Positions 1 through 10,260 of a stretch of 64,000 nt of DNA are shown here, piece after piece. This stretch comes from Candidatus Latescibacterota bacterium (GTDB lineage: Bacteria; Latescibacterota; CBDEFO01): the NCBI GenBank assembly GCA_965248755.1, contig OZ252149.1:1024001-1088000 (forward strand), in the 5' to 3' direction. The notes under the pieces are model-generated. The model did not search any database. It had not been told where the DNA came from and saw only the letters and a list, made by a program, of their open reading frames with translations. The number at the start of each line of letters is the position of its first letter. Within the stretch, counting starts at the first letter, position 1. Position numbers and translations under genes: made by a program.

Positions 1-3000
1 GAGAAGATAGCTGACGTCTCTGGGAGACAGAATAGTCCTGATTACTTGAATCCCCGAGTCGAAGACCTTTATAATGGCCTGTCCCTGGAAGTCTGTAGGA
101 TCTCCATCAGGTGATAGCACGGAACCTTCAAACGTAACCTCTTCTAACGCCTTGATGTTCTTTGAGATGGCGATGTCAACAGAAAGTCGAGGGAGGGAAA
201 GCCTTGTGCCTGGGTCCCCGAAGATGGTGTATCTGCGGGTGTTAAAGATAGCGGAAACGTTGACCAGTAGCTTTGCTTCCCAAAATGCCAGGCCTATGGG
301 GACACTTTCTCTTTCTGAAAGGAAGAGCCTGTCGTAGAATCTCCTGTTCAGATCCATGTTTGAATTGTGAAAGCCTATTCTTGTGGCTCCGATGACGGCT
401 ATGCACCCTCCCTCTGGCCATTTGACCATCGTCTCGGGCATAGATTCAAAATCAGGGTCGTCGAACCAGCCTGTCTGGCTTGCCGCCAGATACATCAGCG
501 GAAGCTTCCTGCCGTTGTTTATCTTGGACATGTCGCTTGAGGCTACAAAGACATGCTCGTGGGCAAGGACATCAGAGTTTCCGTGCCCGACATAGCTTAA
601 AAGCAACGCCCCTTTATTAAAAGCGTCTATGAATGCCCTGTTGGCATCGGGTTTGAATCTTCCTATTTTGTCAAATTCCATAAGGAATATCTTAACCTGA
701 TCCAACTCCTGCGGCACAAAATTTAGCGATATATCTTCGGCATCCTGGGCAAAAATGGGCTCTATTCTACCCGGCCTGGACTGCCTTTCGTCATCCGCCA
801 CGATAATGATCTTGCTTTGCCAGTCTCCTATCTCGGGATCTCTGTCGTAGCCGATGATCTTATCCGAGACAATCTTCGCCTCTTCTTTAGTCTGAACGGA
901 GATCCTTCCTATAGCCATATCAGGACGCCTGTCTCTGTCGCCACTTACAAGGACGTACCACTCGTCCAGACTGCTTATGCTCTTCTCATAGGGAGGTATC
1001 CAATTACCCGGGCTGATGCCGCTGTTGTTCTTGTAATCGAACGACCCGTCGCCGAAGAGATTGACAAATGTCGGTCTTATCCTCCAGTTGCCGAAAGTAT
1101 GCTTCATAAAATCCCTTATGGCTGTAGGATCGAAGACCCCCCAGGAAAACTCATCGTAGATGTGTTCAACATCTATAAGCTCGACAGATAGGGGCGGTCC
1201 AAAGCGGTCATCGGTCTCCCTCCATTCGGCAAGCCTTCTGGCCTCGTCAATAAAGTCCCTGTGCGTAATGAGCAGATAGTCGGCGCCATTATCGGGGCTT
1301 CTGAGGTTGGAGTTTTCCTTCAAAGATATTCTAGCGGGAGACTTCCACTGAGAATCTAACGCAATACAATACTGCATGGGAGGATCTCTTCTACCTTGGC
1401 CCTGAAATGTGACGGACTCCTTGCCACTGTCGTAGGAAAAGTTGACAACCCTTAAGACATTGAAAGGATCTGAGACCTCAAGAATTTCAAAGATCGGACT
1501 TAAAACACCGGAAATTTCAAATTGGGCGCTCCCGGAATCGACAGGGGAGGTGAAGAAGAGTTCCCCCTCGTCTATGACGAACTTTCTAGAATACTCTAAT
1601 TCGTACCAGTCCAGTCGGACGGATGTCTTTCCTATCTGTCTTATCTCTAAATCATTAAGTCCGTCCCTGGGAGGCTCGGGAGACTCAAGCTCTACGATCT
1701 CTGGAGTTCTGTTGTAGAACTGAGCGTTCCCAAGGGAAGAGCCGTTGAAAGAGAACGAAAACTCGTGCTTTACGTTGTCTTGATTGCCTAGAAATCTGAC
1801 TTTAACGTTTGTAGGTCCTTCGGCAGGAGAGGTGATCAACCGCCTTTTGACTCTCCTGTTTCCTGAGTAATCTTCCCAGTACCACCGTTTTCCCGAGTCC
1901 TTCTCAAACGAAAAGAGTTCCTGCTCAACGTGGAGTCTGTCCCTATAACTTAAGGGACGCACAGGGTCAGGTTCCTTGAGACTGCCGTCCTGAGGGATCA
2001 TCCTCTTGCCCTGTCCACTCCCGAAGGTAAGCCAATATACGTTCTGTCTGGTAAATTCATTAAGGAAGTACGCAAATTCCTTCTTCCTCGAGAAATAACG
2101 CCATCTGGAGATATTGTTCCCGTAGAAGAGCACATAATCGTCCGGATCCAGCCTTCCGTCTCCTTCGTCCTCCACGAGGATAGCTATCTGGTCCATATTC
2201 TGTCTTCTTGGGGTGAGCATTCCCTCGGGGAGTTGTTCCCCCCCTCCGTAAAACATCTTTATGGTCTTCGGATCGATCCTAGATATGTCCACTCCGGAGT
2301 TTTGGATATCCCGGCCGCTTATGACATGTATTCCATCATCTTCGATGTAAATCTTCAGCCACTCTCCCGAAGCAAAGGGACCATCAGAAATGACCTTGGG
2401 ACTGGAGTCATCTGTACCTTTCCTCCAGTACTTGCCCTGTTGATAGTTGAGAAGGATTTTGTATATTTCTTCTCCTATTTCCGATTCACGGTGAGAGACG
2501 GAGAGGGGACCTTCATAATCGCCGTAGAACCCAATATTAGCTTCTATTTGCTTGTAGGCGACGATATGATCTTTTGAGGGATCGTACACCGCTGGGTAAA
2601 AGGTGAGGGTAACGACACTTTGATCCCTCAAAGTGCCCGGTTCTGAAAGAACCACCGCTTGTGTTGGCGCGTCACGATAGTCCTTTGTGGACTCAGTCTG
2701 AAAAATTTTATGCGGTGGAACACTATCTACTCGTCTGAGTATAGCCCCGCCCTTAGGTGGAACCGCTATCAAGAAGGATTCTGAAGGGAAGACTATCGAA
2801 CCTCTGCCTGTCTCCGCCTGATCCACGTCCATAAAAAGAGCTACGTCCTCCCTTACGTTTCTTTCTAACCGGGCTCCTTCAAATTCATCTATCGTGTAAA
2901 CTAATCCTATTCCAGAACGATCCGAACTTGTCACTGCTATATGTCCGGCCTCACTGTACGCCGATAGGCCTAAAATTAAGGAGGTAAACAGAGCAAAGCG

Positions 3001-3006
3001 ATGCAT
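1..3006 (-). CDS. PorU-like C25 (gingipain-family) peptidase/T9SS sortase-like protein, runs off the window
   Basis: Not in ORF track because it has no stop in the window. Manual translation from ATG 3006: signal peptide MHRFALFTSLILGLSAYSEA; C25 motifs SYVGHGN, LPLMYLAASQTGWFDDP, GGCIAVIGATR, YTIFGDP. Confidence 0.85.
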   Translation of the reverse strand, partial: MHRFALFTSLILGLSAYSEAGHIAVTSSDRSGIGLVYTIDEFEGARLERNVREDVALFMDVDQAETGRGSIVFPSESFLIAVPPKGGAILRRVDSVPPHKIFQTESTKDYRDAPTQAVVLSEPGTLRDQSVVTLTFYPAVYDPSKDHIVAYKQIEANIGFYGDYEGPLSVSHRESEIGEEIYKILLNYQQGKYWRKGTDDSSPKVISDGPFASGEWLKIYIEDDGIHVISGRDIQNSGVDISRIDPKTIKMFYGGGEQLPEGMLTPRRQNMDQIAILVEDEGDGRLDPDDYVLFYGNNISRWRYFSRKKEFAYFLNEFTRQNVYWLTFGSGQGKRMIPQDGSLKEPDPVRPLSYRDRLHVEQELFSFEKDSGKRWYWEDYSGNRRVKRRLITSPAEGPTNVKVRFLGNQDNVKHEFSFSFNGSSLGNAQFYNRTPEIVELESPEPPRDGLNDLEIRQIGKTSVRLDWYELEYSRKFVIDEGELFFTSPVDSGSAQFEISGVLSPIFEILEVSDPFNVLRVVNFSYDSGKESVTFQGQGRRDPPMQYCIALDSQWKSPARISLKENSNLRSPDNGADYLLITHRDFIDEARRLAEWRETDDRFGPPLSVELIDVEHIYDEFSWGVFDPTAIRDFMKHTFGNWRIRPTFVNLFGDGSFDYKNNSGISPGNWIPPYEKSISSLDEWYVLVSGDRDRRPDMAIGRISVQTKEEAKIVSDKIIGYDRDPEIGDWQSKIIIVADDERQSRPGRIEPIFAQDAEDISLNFVPQELDQVKIFLMEFDKIGRFKPDANRAFIDAFNKGALLLSYVGHGNSDVLAHEHVFVASSDMSKINNGRKLPLMYLAASQTGWFDDPDFESMPETMVKWPEGGCIAVIGATRIGFHNSNMDLNRRFYDRLFLSERESVPIGLAFWEAKLLVNVSAIFNTRRYTIFGDPGTRLSLPRLSVDIAISKNIKALEEVTFEGSVLSPDGDPTDFQGQAIIKVFDSGIQVIRTILSPRDVSYLL

Positions 3007-3050
3007 ATATAAGCCTTCTGCGGACACCTTGCGAATTTTTTCACCGATGT

Positions 3051-3224
3051 TCAATCTTCGATCTTTTCCGCCTCATCTATGAGCATAATAGGTATGTCAT
3101 CCTCAATGGAATATCGCAGCTTGCACGACCAGCAGGTAAGCTTTTCGTTGTCTTGATCGTATTGCAACTCCCCCTTGCACTTAGGACATGCAAGGATATC
3201 CAGAAGTTCCTTTTTCAGAGACAT
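3051..3224 (-). CDS. Trm112/YcaR family protein (57 aa)
   Basis: Manual translation MSLKKELLDILACPKCKGEL...CWSCKLRYSIEDDIPIMLIDEA; GA-rich RBS upstream. Confidence 0.9.
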   Translation of the reverse strand: MSLKKELLDILACPKCKGELQYDQDNEKLTCWSCKLRYSIEDDIPIMLIDEAEKIED

Positions 3225-3334
3225 TTCCCTTTCCTTCTAATAATTAGAATCTGAACCCAGTAGCTTGACAAAAGTTAGCGGATATGAGTACACAGCGGAA
3301 CTTCCCCCTATCCACCGCGTACAGGTTATTCGTC

Positions 3335-3880
3335 CTATGAAGTCAGGAGACTTCTCCTTGGACCTTTGATTAATCTTGAATGATAGGTTTTGACATCCTG
3401 ATGACGCCCTGCATGTCGCATGACGCCCTGCATGTCGCCGTCGCTGGCTGCTACATGCCCTTTATATTCGTGACTGTGATCCGTCCCGCCCTCATCACCA
3501 GCAACAGCATCCCTATGACAACCACGATCAACTTCGTGTTCTATGTCATCAGTCACTTCATCACTGTGAGAATCACTATCGCCGTCTTGCTCTATGTCAT
3601 GAGTTATCTGATCACTATGAGAACCACCATGACCCTCGGGATCCGCGCCAGCCACAAGGTCAATCAGGTTCCTGATGTCTCCTGAATCCTCCGTACTGAC
3701 CACGAGATCACCGCTGTCGTCCTCTCCTGCAGCTTTCTTAAGTCTATCTGTTGACTCCTGATCAGCCGATGTGGAGCCTGAGTAATCCGATCCAATTACA
3801 CTATCGGTTGGTCCCCGACCACATCCAAGAATGAGGAGCATAGCACCGATCCCCGACGAAAATGTTACAATCATGCGCAT
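3335..3880 (-). CDS. Hypothetical lipoprotein with His/Asp-rich repeats
   Basis: Lipobox-like ILGC; RBS GGAG; 17-aa imperfect repeats HSDQITHDIE/HSDEVTDDIE. Confidence 0.55.
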   Translation of the reverse strand: MRMIVTFSSGIGAMLLILGCGRGPTDSVIGSDYSGSTSADQESTDRLKKAAGEDDSGDLVVSTEDSGDIRNLIDLVAGADPEGHGGSHSDQITHDIEQDGDSDSHSDEVTDDIEHEVDRGCHRDAVAGDEGGTDHSHEYKGHVAASDGDMQGVMRHAGRHQDVKTYHSRLIKGPRRSLLTS

Positions 3881-4050
3881 CCCAACTCCATCTCCTTTTG
3901 AAGATGTTATGCAACATCTACTAAGTCTATATGACTACCTCTTCCGCCGGTGGGATTCAACTTTTTCCGCTTTGAAGTTATAAATTTGCAACAATGTCCA
4001 CATCATGTCAAGTTAATTCTATTTTGCCCAAAAGGTTCTTCGATACCCCT

Positions 4051-4395
4051 TCATCCGGGCGGCCAGTTCATGCTCCTGCCTCCCAAAAGGTGCATATGTA
4101 TATGAAATACCGACTGTCCCGCCCCGCGGTTGCAGTTAAAAACGAGCCTGTAGCCCGAATCCGATATCCCTCGGTCCTTGGCTATCTTGGCTGCTGCTAT
4201 GATCATTTTGGCTGTTGTATCGCTATCACCCACTGAAAGATCGTTCAAGGTAGAAATGTGCCTTCTGGGAATGACCAATATATGGACTGGGGCTTGTGGG
4301 TTTACATCCTCAAAAGCCACAAGATCGTCGTCGCTGTATACTATAGTGCTTTGGATTTCTCCATCAGCTATCTTGCAGAATATGCAGTCGGGCAT
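4051..4395 (-). CDS. hinT: HIT family nucleotide-binding protein
   Basis: CIFCKI N-terminus, HIHMHLL histidine triad; start moved to MPDC with RBS GAGGAGG. Confidence 0.92.
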   Translation of the reverse strand: MPDCIFCKIADGEIQSTIVYSDDDLVAFEDVNPQAPVHILVIPRRHISTLNDLSVGDSDTTAKMIIAAAKIAKDRGISDSGYRLVFNCNRGAGQSVFHIHMHLLGGRSMNWPPG

Positions 4396-4495
4396 AGAAG
4401 GCCTCCTCAAAAGAAGTAGTCGGTAGCCCCCGACCCCCGATAGAGTCAATCGGGGGTAGACAGGGCCACTCCACCCCCTGCTTACTGTCTATTAA

Positions 4496-5224
4496 TCACA
4501 CTATCTGTCGCAGTTGGTATAATACGAGAGCTGTCGAGACTATTCCGGCGGTCTCGGATTTAAGCTTTGTGGGTCCAAGAGAAAAGGTGGATGCTCCGAA
4601 TTTGCGAGCTATTTGGACCTCCTCCTTTGTGAACCCTCCCTCAGGACCGATAACGACTCCTACAGATTCTACTCCCTTACATTCAGAAAGCGCATCTTTG
4701 AGGGTCCCATCCGTTTCGCCCTCCCAGGCCATCAGAAGGACGTCCGTATCGTTATTAAGCAGACAGAGGGAATCGTCAAGGGATAGTGGATTACAGATTT
4801 GGGGGAGACGGGATCTTCCCGACTGTTTCATAGCCGACTTTGCTATCTTCCTCCACCGCCCTGTTTTCCCCTTCAAAGCGCGCACGGTTCTACAGGAAAT
4901 GACCGGCACTATCCTGTAGATTCCGACCTCCACAGCCTTTTCGACCACCAGATCGAATCTGTTTCCTCTTATCAGAGATTGTGCCAAAGTTACCTTATAT
5001 TCAGGCTCTCCGACGTTCTGATCGCAAAAGAGGATGTGGCCTTCGAGTCTGTCACTCTCGACAGAATCTATTTCGATCCGGTAGTAATTTCCGATGCCAT
5101 CTACCGCGTCTATGATATCTCCTATGTTAGTCCGCTTTACGTGAATTGCGTGATGAAATTCTTCACCCCTGAGGATGGCGCGGTCTTTACGCACGTCATC
5201 CGGAGCGATGTAGAAGCCGGACAT
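4496..5224 (-). CDS. rsmE: 16S rRNA m3U1498 methyltransferase
   Basis: VEKAVEVG, KSAMKQSGR, IGPEGGF, LKSETA; TAATG overlap with prmA. Confidence 0.92.
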   Translation of the reverse strand: MSGFYIAPDDVRKDRAILRGEEFHHAIHVKRTNIGDIIDAVDGIGNYYRIEIDSVESDRLEGHILFCDQNVGEPEYKVTLAQSLIRGNRFDLVVEKAVEVGIYRIVPVISCRTVRALKGKTGRWRKIAKSAMKQSGRSRLPQICNPLSLDDSLCLLNNDTDVLLMAWEGETDGTLKDALSECKGVESVGVVIGPEGGFTKEEVQIARKFGASTFSLGPTKLKSETAGIVSTALVLYQLRQIV

Positions 5225-6144
5225 TACTTTCCTTTCGAGATGGCCGATATTCCCACCCACTGGCCCATCTTCTCCGACGAGGGATTCTCAAATCCCCGCT
5301 CTTTGAGTTTTGAGCTGAATAGATCCTCCTCAGATGCCAGAATACCAGAAAAAATAACCCTTCCCCTGGGCTTGAGAAGCTCTTTGAATCTGTCTAAACA
5401 GGGAAGGAGAGCCTGTGTCTCTATGTTAGCCACAATAAGGTCAAAATCTCTGGCGGCTATATCTGTTACTGTACCGGTCTGGAGGAGGACTTTAGAGGAG
5501 ACGTTGTTCAAAGTTAAATTCTCCCCTGCATCCCTTATCGCCTGTAGATCTATGTCAACAGCCACTATCCTTTCTGCCCCTAATTTGGCGGCCGCGATGC
5601 TCTGTATTCCCGTTCCTGTCCCCACATCGAGCACAAAATCTCCTTTTCGCATCGTTTTTTCCAAAAGCAGAAGCGCAACCTGTGTGGTCTCGTGCTTACC
5701 CGTCCCGAACGCCATCTTTGGATCGATAACGATAAAAAGTGGAGCGTTCACTTCGGTCTTGGAAGGACTTTTCCCCCAAGGAGGGATAATAATAATCTTT
5801 TCGGAGATCCTAACCGGAGGGAAGTGCAGCCGCCTTTTAGCCTCCCAATTCAAGGCTTTCAAATCACAAAGCAAAGGAGGCAAGATCGAAGTCAGAGAGC
5901 CGATATCTAAGAGACAACGCAGGTAGATATCCAGTCGGAATAGAATCTCCTCGGGGTCTGTTGTCCTGTGAAAATAGGCGGTCAATTTGACGAAAGGGTC
6001 AGACGATGCCTCGTCCAACTGGATTCCCAAACTTCCCATCTCCATCAGGAAGTTAGCCACCGAGTCCGCAGATTGGTATGATACCTGTATCTTTAACTCG
6101 AACCAATCCCTATCCTGAGAGGCCTGTCCTTTTACATCCGTCAC
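5224..6144 (-). CDS. prmA: Ribosomal protein L11 methyltransferase
   Basis: IDPKMAFGTGKHETT, VLDVGTGTG, DLIVANI; GTG start inferred (ORF open to 6192). Confidence 0.92.
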   Translation of the reverse strand: MTDVKGQASQDRDWFELKIQVSYQSADSVANFLMEMGSLGIQLDEASSDPFVKLTAYFHRTTDPEEILFRLDIYLRCLLDIGSLTSILPPLLCDLKALNWEAKRRLHFPPVRISEKIIIIPPWGKSPSKTEVNAPLFIVIDPKMAFGTGKHETTQVALLLLEKTMRKGDFVLDVGTGTGIQSIAAAKLGAERIVAVDIDLQAIRDAGENLTLNNVSSKVLLQTGTVTDIAARDFDLIVANIETQALLPCLDRFKELLKPRGRVIFSGILASEEDLFSSKLKERGFENPSSEKMGQWVGISAISKGK

Positions 6145-6329
6145 ATTGTCAGCCCCTATAGTCACTGTACGTTCAACTAAGTATCGGGTCAAAATAGTCT
6201 GGATTGGTGATTATAGAGATCCAAAATAGTGGACAGCAAATAGTAGACGAGGCAGTTTAAGTGAGATTGCTTTGCTTCGCTCACAATGACGGTTTGGAGG
6301 AGAGGCGGCACCCCCTGTTTACTGTCTTA

Positions 6330-7481
6330 CTATTGAAAAGCATCTTTGAATTTTTGGAAGAATCCCTTTTCAGATACGGGAGGAGAGATATTTTCGTGTT
6401 TGGCTAGTTCTCTGAAGAGCTCTCTTTCTTCTTGACTAAGTTTAGTTGGCGTCCAAACCGTAACTTTGACCAATTGATCGCCCCTTCCCGATCCGTTCAA
6501 CTTAGGTATAGCCTTTCCTCTGAGTCGAAGTATCTGGCCGGACTGAGTTCCTGGTTTTATTGTCATTTTGACCCGTCCCGAAAGAGTTGGAACCTCCACT
6601 TCATCTCCCAAAGCAGCTTGGGTGACGTCTATTAGATGTTCGTAGAGCACATCGTCTCCGTGCCTTTCGAAATACTCATGTTCCTCTTCTTCTAGGAAGA
6701 CCAGAAGGTCACCTCGGGGTCCACCTTTGGGTCCGGCGTCTCCCTGCTCGCGCATAGAAATATAGTTTCCCGCAGCCACACCGGCCGGAACATCTACAGA
6801 GATAGTAGTTGAGCTTTGCACTCTTCCCTCACCCGAGCATTTGTGGCACTGCTTATCTATCGCCTGTCCTTCCCCACCACAGGTCGGACAGGTCGTCACG
6901 TTGATGAACTGACCGAACAGCGACCTGGATGCCTGTCTTACCTCTCCGCTCCCGCTACAGGTCGGACAGGTCTTTGGAGACGTTCCTGGCTCAGCTCCGC
7001 TCCCCTGACAGACATCGCAGCGCTCCAACCGTGAAACCCTCACCTTCTTCTGGACGCCTGTAGATATCTCCTCCAAAGTCAGCCTTAAAGTGATCCTTCT
7101 ATCCCTTCCCTTTCGAGGACTGCCTCTCCTTGAGCGTCTCCTGGAACCGAAGAAGTCCTCAAAAAGGCTGCCGCCGAAAAGGTTCCCTAATACATCCTCA
7201 AGATCCGCAGCGTGCGTAAAATCCGACCACTGGAAATTCCCCGTTCCAAACGAACCACCCAGACCCTCGTGCCCAAATCGGTCGTAGGCAGATCTCTTTT
7301 CAGAATCGGTCAGAACCTCGTAGGCCTCGGATGCCTCTTTGAACTTTTCCTCTGCCTCATTATCTCCAGGGTTTCTGTCCGGATGAAATTTGAGAGCCTG
7401 TTTTCTGTAAGCTTTCTTTATCTCCTCAAGAGAGGAGCCTTTGTCTATTTCCAATATCTCGTAATAATCGCGTTTTGCCAT
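6330..7481 (-). CDS. dnaJ: Chaperone DnaJ
   Basis: J domain HPD, G/F region, four CxxCxGxG zinc fingers. Confidence 0.98.
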   Translation of the reverse strand: MAKRDYYEILEIDKGSSLEEIKKAYRKQALKFHPDRNPGDNEAEEKFKEASEAYEVLTDSEKRSAYDRFGHEGLGGSFGTGNFQWSDFTHAADLEDVLGNLFGGSLFEDFFGSRRRSRRGSPRKGRDRRITLRLTLEEISTGVQKKVRVSRLERCDVCQGSGAEPGTSPKTCPTCSGSGEVRQASRSLFGQFINVTTCPTCGGEGQAIDKQCHKCSGEGRVQSSTTISVDVPAGVAAGNYISMREQGDAGPKGGPRGDLLVFLEEEEHEYFERHGDDVLYEHLIDVTQAALGDEVEVPTLSGRVKMTIKPGTQSGQILRLRGKAIPKLNGSGRGDQLVKVTVWTPTKLSQEERELFRELAKHENISPPVSEKGFFQKFKDAFQ

Positions 7482-7512
7482 TTAACTATGTCCGTTTAAT
7501 AGGTTCTTCCTG

Positions 7513-8106
7513 CTATTTGTTTACCACGACCTTTGCATGGCGGATTACCTTATCCTTGAGCATATATCCCTTTTCAACTTCTTCGATCACGGTGCTCGAA
7601 TCCTGCCCTTCTTCCTCCAACTGCATTACGGCTTCATGGAAATCGGGATCGAAGGGTTTACCCAAAGACTCTATCGTCCGGAGTCCCTCTTTGCTTAAGA
7701 CACCCTTGAACTGTTCCAATATCATCTCGATTCCCTTCTTGAGAGCCTGCGGATCCGTATCATCTTCGACGTGATTTAGCGATCTTTCAATGTTGTCCAA
7801 AACAGAGATCAACTGCACTATCAAATCCTCGTTTGCCGTCTTGATAAGCGTTGCGAACTCCTTTTGGGTGCGCTTTTTGTAATTCTCAAACTCCGCTTTC
7901 AATCTAATCCATCTGTCGTAATGCCCATTTGCCTGTGCCTTAATCTTATCTAATTCTTCTTTGAGTTTATCTTTTTCACTTTCCTGCTCTCCTTCTGTGT
8001 TTTCTACCGTGTCCCCAGAATCGTCAGCAAGGTCTGATTTTACCTTTCGTGTTTGCGTCTCCTCATCCTGTTCCTGCTCATCTTGAAGATCGGTCTCTTT
8101 TGCCAT
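7513..8106 (-). CDS. grpE: Nucleotide exchange factor GrpE
   Basis: AEFENYKKR, FDPDFHEAV, KGYMLKDKVIRHAKVVV. Confidence 0.97.
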   Translation of the reverse strand: MAKETDLQDEQEQDEETQTRKVKSDLADDSGDTVENTEGEQESEKDKLKEELDKIKAQANGHYDRWIRLKAEFENYKKRTQKEFATLIKTANEDLIVQLISVLDNIERSLNHVEDDTDPQALKKGIEMILEQFKGVLSKEGLRTIESLGKPFDPDFHEAVMQLEEEGQDSSTVIEEVEKGYMLKDKVIRHAKVVVNK

Positions 8107-8138
8107 TCTGCATCCAACCTCCGCGATATCTTAACTTA

Positions 8139-9167
8139 TTATAGAAGACTGCTCGTCAGTTCGCACGCGTATTTAACCAACGCTGTCAATCTGTTATACT
8201 TCATCCTGGTCGGGCCTATCAAGCCTATAATGCCGGCGTTCCCGCCGACAACATAGGAAGAGGTAACCATACTGCACATCTCCATCCCCTCAGCCCTATT
8301 TTCATGACCGATAGTTATGGAGATTCCTTCTTCATCTGTATTCTTGTGGAGCATATAGACAACGGACTCCCTGTCCTCCAGAAGATTCATAAGGTCTGAA
8401 ATTTTTTCTCTATCGCTAAACTCAGGCTGCATAAAAACATTGGTGGTTCCGTCTAGGTAGAGCCTACCTAGACCAACGAAATCAAAAAGGACGTTAACCT
8501 CTTCAACTACTATTTGGATCAGTTTAGGATTTCCTCTGGATACCGATTTGAACCTGTCCTTTATAGATCTTCTGATCTGGCCTATTGAAAGTCCAGATAG
8601 CCTGTCGTTTAATATGCCAGCGGTCTCCAAAAGCTCATCGGACGATATTCTGGAATCTAACTCCACTGTGACCGTCTTGATAGGGCCAGAAACAACCTTA
8701 AGTACTAAAAGGAGCTTATAAGTTGTGAACGATACTAACTCAACTTTCTCAAGTAAGCCATTTTCAAAGCGGGGAGCCAGAGCGATACCGAGCTGTTTCG
8801 ATACATCTGCAATAGCTTTGGAGACCTGCTCCAGGATGTTTTCGATATCACCTTCCCTGATGTGTGAACGCACCGCTTGACTGATCAAAGACTTCTCAGT
8901 GCTTGTTAATATCCCATCCCCCATAAGAAGATCCACATAACACCGATAGCCTTTATCAGTAGGGATCCGGCCCGCAGACGTATGAGGCTGGCGGACGTAG
9001 CCTTTTTCCTCCAGGTCAGCCATAGAATTCCTGATTGTAGCTGGACTCACCCCAAGAGAACCGGTTTGAGATATTGCCCTCGATCCGATGGGTTCAGCCC
9101 TGTCTATATATGCGTCGACCAGAAAGTGAAGGATAGTTTTCTCCCGCCCTGATAATACATCATCCAT
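8139..9167 (-). CDS. hrcA: Heat-inducible transcription repressor HrcA
   Basis: SPATIRNSMADLE, HTSAGRIPTDKGYR, GPTRMKY; ATG 9167 with RBS. Confidence 0.97.
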   Translation of the reverse strand: MDDVLSGREKTILHFLVDAYIDRAEPIGSRAISQTGSLGVSPATIRNSMADLEEKGYVRQPHTSAGRIPTDKGYRCYVDLLMGDGILTSTEKSLISQAVRSHIREGDIENILEQVSKAIADVSKQLGIALAPRFENGLLEKVELVSFTTYKLLLVLKVVSGPIKTVTVELDSRISSDELLETAGILNDRLSGLSIGQIRRSIKDRFKSVSRGNPKLIQIVVEEVNVLFDFVGLGRLYLDGTTNVFMQPEFSDREKISDLMNLLEDRESVVYMLHKNTDEEGISITIGHENRAEGMEMCSMVTSSYVVGGNAGIIGLIGPTRMKYNRLTALVKYACELTSSLL

Positions 9168-9208
9168 GGTATACCTCTTTTGGTCTTTTTGTGTTTGCGC
9201 TCGGCTCC

Positions 9209-9235
9209 TTAGCACTTTCACATCTTGAGTGCTAA
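9209..9235. promoter_or_regulatory. CIRCE operator (HrcA site)
   Basis: TTAGCACTT-N9-GAGTGCTAA, 1 mismatch to consensus, between promoter and hrcA start. Confidence 0.93.
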
Positions 9236-9250
9236 GATACTCTACACCAT

Positions 9251-9279
9251 ATATTATTAGATAACCTGGCTTTTGTCAA
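9251..9279 (-). promoter_or_regulatory. Sigma70-type promoter of hrcA operon
   Basis: TTGACA-N17-TAATAT on minus strand just upstream of CIRCE. Confidence 0.65.
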
Positions 9280-9333
9280 GTCAAAATACGTTCTTAATAG
9301 GATGCTACTTGGTAACATCGTGGAGATTAATCC

Positions 9334-9362
9334 TTGACAAATGCCTATAGAATAGATATATT
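9334..9362 (+). promoter_or_regulatory. Sigma70-type promoter of cvpA
   Basis: TTGACA-N17-TATATT. Confidence 0.6.
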
Positions 9363-9427
9363 GCCAAAGAAGTATCATGTTCGCATATAACCACCAGATT
9401 CATATATAGACGGACAGGGCATATCCT

Positions 9428-10087
9428 ATGGGTAAAATAGACGCCATAATCGTCGCAGCAATCGTCATCAGCGTCATCTACAGCCTCTTCAGGGGCTTTC
9501 TCAAAGACTTGATGTCTGCCGTATCCGTTATCGCTGCAATCATCATAGCGGCTTATATCCAGAAGATCCCTCAAGGCTGGGCAGAAGAGCTATTCGGAGA
9601 GCCGGGACTCGGGATTCGTCTTTTAAGTTTAGGAGTCCCTTTCATCATTATATTCATCGTCCTAAAGACGGTCACAACTCTACTCAGAGGAATCCTTGGG
9701 GTGCTCTCAAAGCCGATCGACAAGGTTCTAGGAGGGGTAGTCGGACTCGCTAAAGTGATCATGTTAGTAGCTGTGACACTATTTTTAATTAACGCATACG
9801 CGGATGATCCCGATCAGATCATAGGAGATTCGGTAATCGCCCCTTGGATAATAGACAGATCGGGATTCCTGGCTGACCTCTTCCCTGACGACTTGACGGA
9901 TGAGCTTGAGAAGTTAGACGAAGCCATGAAGGAGCTGAAGGACTACAAAGAGGAAATAAGCGATACAAGTCATATAACGGAAACACGCAAGAAAATAGGA
10001 AAGGCCCAATTGAGAAAGGCTGAGATAGAAAGTAAAATGAAGGAGATAGAGGAAAAGAGAAAGGAGGTGCTGTCAGGAACTAAGTAA
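9428..10087 (+). CDS. cvpA: CvpA family membrane protein with coiled-coil tail
   Basis: IDAIIV...FRGF, DKVLGGVVG, S-x-IAP motifs; four hydrophobic segments. Confidence 0.85.
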   Translation: MGKIDAIIVAAIVISVIYSLFRGFLKDLMSAVSVIAAIIIAAYIQKIPQGWAEELFGEPGLGIRLLSLGVPFIIIFIVLKTVTTLLRGILGVLSKPIDKVLGGVVGLAKVIMLVAVTLFLINAYADDPDQIIGDSVIAPWIIDRSGFLADLFPDDLTDELEKLDEAMKELKDYKEEISDTSHITETRKKIGKAQLRKAEIESKMKEIEEKRKEVLSGTK

Positions 10088-10260
10088 CCGATCATTCTTG
10101 AAGATCCAAAAGGAGGAAGGCTTTTCGTCGCTTATGGAGTAAGGGTCGCGTACCTAATCTGCTCCGCTGAAACTAAGAATCAGCTTGTGCGTCAGCTAAT
10201 AGAGATTTTCTATGGCGGCAGGGATCCTAAACGACAATTTCCCAAGACCGATACAACGTA

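Noticed and set aside
4799..5926. 375-aa plus-strand ORF and many other antisense ORFs
   Set aside because: Shadow frames of well-supported genes such as rsmE and prmA, with no motifs
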